Source: Paraspadella gotoi
Taxonomy: Eukaryota > Animalia > Chaetognatha
DNA: 12,432 nucleotides
Direction: 5' to 3'
Assembly (NCBI GenBank): GCA_051294375.1
Contig: JBJCIZ010000201.1
Location: 1 to 12,432, forward strand
In this document: piece after piece, positions 9,389-12,432 of the stretch
Position numbering within the stretch: position 1 is the stretch's first letter
Layout: every line of letters starts with the position of its first letter
Notes under the pieces: model-generated
What the model saw: only the letters and a program-made list of their open reading frames with translations
Database searches by the model: none
Told to the model about the DNA's origin: nothing
Program-made: the position numbers and the translations under genes

Positions 9389-10244
9389 AAAAGCAGGTCA
9401 ATAATGCTTGAAAAATGTTGCCCTCACAATTGATATTTTAGTGAGCGGTCGCTTGAATGAAGTACTGGAATTCGATGGATTTTTTTTTCGCGTTTAGACC
9501 TGAATCCTCCTTTTAGTGGAATCTCGCACGGCACGAATTCTCACTGAGATGTGGAGTAAAGGCGTCGTGAAGTTACGTACGAAAAACTTTACAAGGTCAA
9601 TATACAACAACCATCATGTGACAGTTTATTTGTAAAAAAATTATATTTTGTTTTTTATTTTCGCAGTGACTATATTTCATACTTAGTTCACATCCTTATA
9701 AATCAAAATGTTTAAAATAGGCTTTTCCTTTAATTACTTAGATTGCAGATCCTTGATTCCTCGTCAAGTTGAAAAGAAATATAATTATTTTAAAATTCTT
9801 ATTAGAGGGTTACAACATTTACAAAAACTATATTTAATATATAAAAAGTTAATTTTCATTAAATATACTTTTTCTTAATTTATGATTCCCACTTATGAGG
9901 AATTTTTTTAAAAGAGATATTTCTTTTTATCAACTTTTTATGACGAATCAAATTCTGCCAAAAAAATCTTAGAAAACTTTTATGAAACTTTTTAACATTT
10001 ATTGATTAGAAACACTAGTATACATATGCCTCGGCAATTGTAAAATTTATTATAAATATTATGTTTATTACATAAATGCTCTTAGTATCATGTTTTCGTT
10101 TTACTCACTTATTAGAATTTTAATTAAAGTGAAATTTAGAAAAATTTTACTAAGCCTTGTGAGGCAGTGAGAAAGTGAGACTCCTCGCGTTCCATCTCGA
10201 CATCACATCAATAGATTACTGAGCCTTTTCTTCATCATAGCTCA

Positions 10245-10490
10245 TTTCTTTCTTCTTCTTTCTTGTTTCTTTGTTTCTTGTTCTTTCTGTCTTTACTTTC
10301 TTTCTTTCTTTCTTTCTTTCTTTCACTCATCTCTTGTATGATGCCAACTAGTTACACCATTGGTGACACAATGACTCCAATAAAAAAAAAGACCCGTCGC
10401 TGCGTCACACTCTCTCTCTCTCTCTCTCTCCTTCTCTCTCTCTCTCTCTATAATCGAGATCTCTTTCTCCTTCCTTTTTCCTCCTCTTTT
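10245..10490. repeat. Compound (CTT)n/(CTTT)n and (CT)n microsatellites
   Basis: CTT/CTTT runs at ~10245-10324 and CT runs at ~10410-10490, with a short unique spacer between them. Confidence 0.88.
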
Positions 10491-10505
10491 CGTATTCCCT
10501 TTCCT

Positions 10506-11232
10506 GTGCCAATTTTTTGCTCTCCTTTAATTGCAAATAATATATGTGTGACGTCAGCGATGGACCTTCCCGCACGCCTGGCTATTGGCCAGCTTTTGGC
10601 GAATTTTTTTGGCCTCTTCAATCTATTATGTCTGATTGTGACGTCAGCGCTGCGCACCATGGCGTAAAATATGACAGCTTACTTGTCACAATGCTGAGAT
10701 TTGGCGAAATCTTTATTGGCCCTCCCTTTTTTACCTGCAATAATCTATGAATACTGTGACGTCAGAGACAACTGCATGGCAGCTTTGCAATCTTTTTGGC
10801 CTCTTTAATGCATATCTATGGTTTGACTTGTTCTAGCAACGACCCTGCTATTGGCCAGCTTCCATGGCCATTTTCCTCTTTACTGATTATCATGGTGTGA
10901 TATTAGCATGATCCTGTATTGGCCAAGCTTATTTGCATTTTTCAGACTCTTCTATGCATAATCTATGTTTGAATTCAGCAATTTGCCCTGGTATTGGCAA
11001 TTTAGGCAATTTACTTTGCCTCTTAACGACATTTATGCTTGTGACTCAGCATGGATCCTGGCTATTGGCCAAGCTTGGCCCATTTTTTGCTCTTAATGCA
11101 ATAATCTATGGTGTGAAGTCACGAGGGACCTTGCGTATGGCAAGCATATGGCCATATTTTTTGGCCTCTTTAATGCAATAATCCATGAGTGTGACGTCAG
11201 CGACGGACCCTAGGCCTGCTTTGGCCAAGCTT
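10506..11232. repeat. Degenerate tandem repeat, ~9-10 units of ~72 bp
   Basis: Consensus read by eye: TGTGACGTCAGCGATGGACCCTGGCTATTGGCCAAGCTTGGCCATTTTTTTGCCTCTTTAATGCAATAATCTATGG. Unit starts at ~10547, 10637, 10755, 10823, 10896, 10968, 11040, 11112 and 11190, with a partial unit from ~10506. Confidence 0.92.
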
Positions 11233-11861
11233 GAAGAGAACTTATTGCGACCATCATTCAAGTGACCAGTTTATAGTGGTCGGCATCCAATTGGGCCAAG
11301 TTTATCTAAATAATAATTCCTCAACTTGCACGAAGGGGCGCACTAATTTTGATGATTTAAATTGTCATTTACGTCGTGTGGATATACTTTGTAGCTATAT
11401 CCATAAATTTTTACATAAAGATCGTTGTGAGGCTTTCTCGTTACGAGAAGGCCCGAACAGGACCGAGGCCCTACAGCCATTTCGTAAGGCACGAGGTTGA
11501 TTAGCTGGTCAGGAGTGTGGGCGTGTGAGAGTGTGGGGTTAGGTGGATGGGTTGATGGGAGCGGGGAGGTAACTAAACGATTTCGCGCGGGTCAGAACAG
11601 ATTGTTTAGTTGTATTTAAAGATTTTCTATGCAGGGATAGTAGGATGGGAATTTGAGAACTCTCTTCACGTTTCCTTTTGGTTGGAATTTTTTCATCTAG
11701 CGGACGGATTTCAAATTGGTATTATCAGTGAGTTCACGTTATCACTTGAAATACACTACATATCTAAGCCTTGAATGGACTTCCTGTTATTAAGCTCTAA
11801 TTCCATTCCCTATTTCCCCCCCCTACCCCCTCGCTTTTCGCCTCCATTTTCCCCGCCACAG

Positions 11862-12041
11862 ATAACATTCTCGCTGCGCGCTTTCTACGACTACCACCAC
11901 GTCTCTTCCGGACGCAATTTAACGAGGTGTTGGACTCGCTGCCTTACCAACGCCCGACTCGAATTTCAACATCAATAGCTCTTCAACTTTGGATCAGTCG
12001 CCTTAGCGTCGAGAGATTCATCGCCGTCTGTTTCGCTTCAG
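11862..12041 (+). CDS. Probable exon of a class A (rhodopsin-like) peptide-receptor-type GPCR, ECL1-TM3, frameshifted as written
   Basis: Pyrimidine tract plus CAG acceptor ending at 11861 and CAG|GT at 12041/12042. 12005-12034 encodes SVERFIAVCF, the TM3 E/DRY-equivalent motif. Allowing small indels, the preceding bases read SSTWI-VAL. Real exon with sequencing error cannot be told from pseudogene. Confidence 0.55.
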
Positions 12042-12144
12042 GTTGCTTCTGGGGGGGGGGGGAGGATTGTAGGGGCGGGGCCAAGTGGGTATGCAGCGAG
12101 TTATGCCGTGTTAGTTGTGAATTGGGCGAATGAGACGAGTGAGA

Positions 12145-12166
12145 CGTGAGAGAGAGAGAGAGAGAA
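12145..12166. repeat. (GA)n microsatellite
   Basis: gtgagagagagagagagagaa. Confidence 0.85.
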
Positions 12167-12177
12167 ATCACCATCAG

Positions 12178-12290
12178 TAAGACTCATTGACTCTTATGCG
12201 CGGTCGCTGTAGGTGCTCGTGATGCCAACGGTCGAATCATCCTTCATTTCTCCTCAGCGTCGTCTTCACTTCCTGTTGTTCGAGATTGAA
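12178..12290 (+). CDS. Possible next GPCR exon (ICL2-TM4), degraded
   Basis: FLLSVVFT (12247-12270), then LLFEIE in another frame ending at a GTTAGT donor-like site (12291). This resembles TM4-ECL2 of invertebrate peptide GPCRs. The 5' boundary is a guess (CAG at 12175-12177). Confidence 0.25.
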
Positions 12291-12432
12291 GTTAGTTTAT
12301 TACTTAATAGTATACTTAATATTATTATTTAGTTATTTTTGTCGAGTAGCTGAAGAATTAATTGCGTTGTAGTGTGATTATCTTGTTGTTTATTTATATA
12401 TATTGTGGCGGTTTATATTGGCGGGTTATATT

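Noticed and set aside
10010-10040. Minus-strand TGCC-ga-GGCA hairpin followed by CTAG|T, like a Helitron 3' end
   Set aside because: The stem is only 4 bp, ACTAGT occurs many times in the window, and no 5' end was identified.
10933-11181. ORF containing GIGNLGNLLCLL, resembling GPCR TM1
   Set aside because: It lies wholly inside the 72-bp tandem array, and the bases align to the repeat consensus.

Overview
Eukaryotic, probably invertebrate, repeat-rich genomic DNA with AT-rich spacers. I found no prokaryotic operon, CRISPR array or RNA gene. The one firm call is a decayed Ty3/Gypsy pol fragment (partial RNase H plus integrase) at 1-1650 on the minus strand. It has two nonsense codons, several short deletions and an AT-hook-like C-terminal tail. 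Weaker calls: (i) a second, opposite-strand LTR-retrotransposon 5' end (327-bp LTR-like unit, tRNA-His-like PBS, gag-like relic) at 5564-6380; (ii) Helentron/HINE-like termini around 1958-2210; (iii) frameshifted exon(s) of a class A peptide-type GPCR near 11862-12290. Two degenerate tandem arrays are clearly present: a ~55-bp unit at 3641-4280, apparently an A/B dimer, and a ~72-bp unit at 10506-11232 carrying CRE and CCAAT motifs. Most short ORFs in the supplied track are artefacts of repeats or antisense frames. I cannot support a new biological system. The arrays, the deletion pattern in pol and the integrase AT-hook are the best leads. Dense small indels outside pol may partly be sequencing error.
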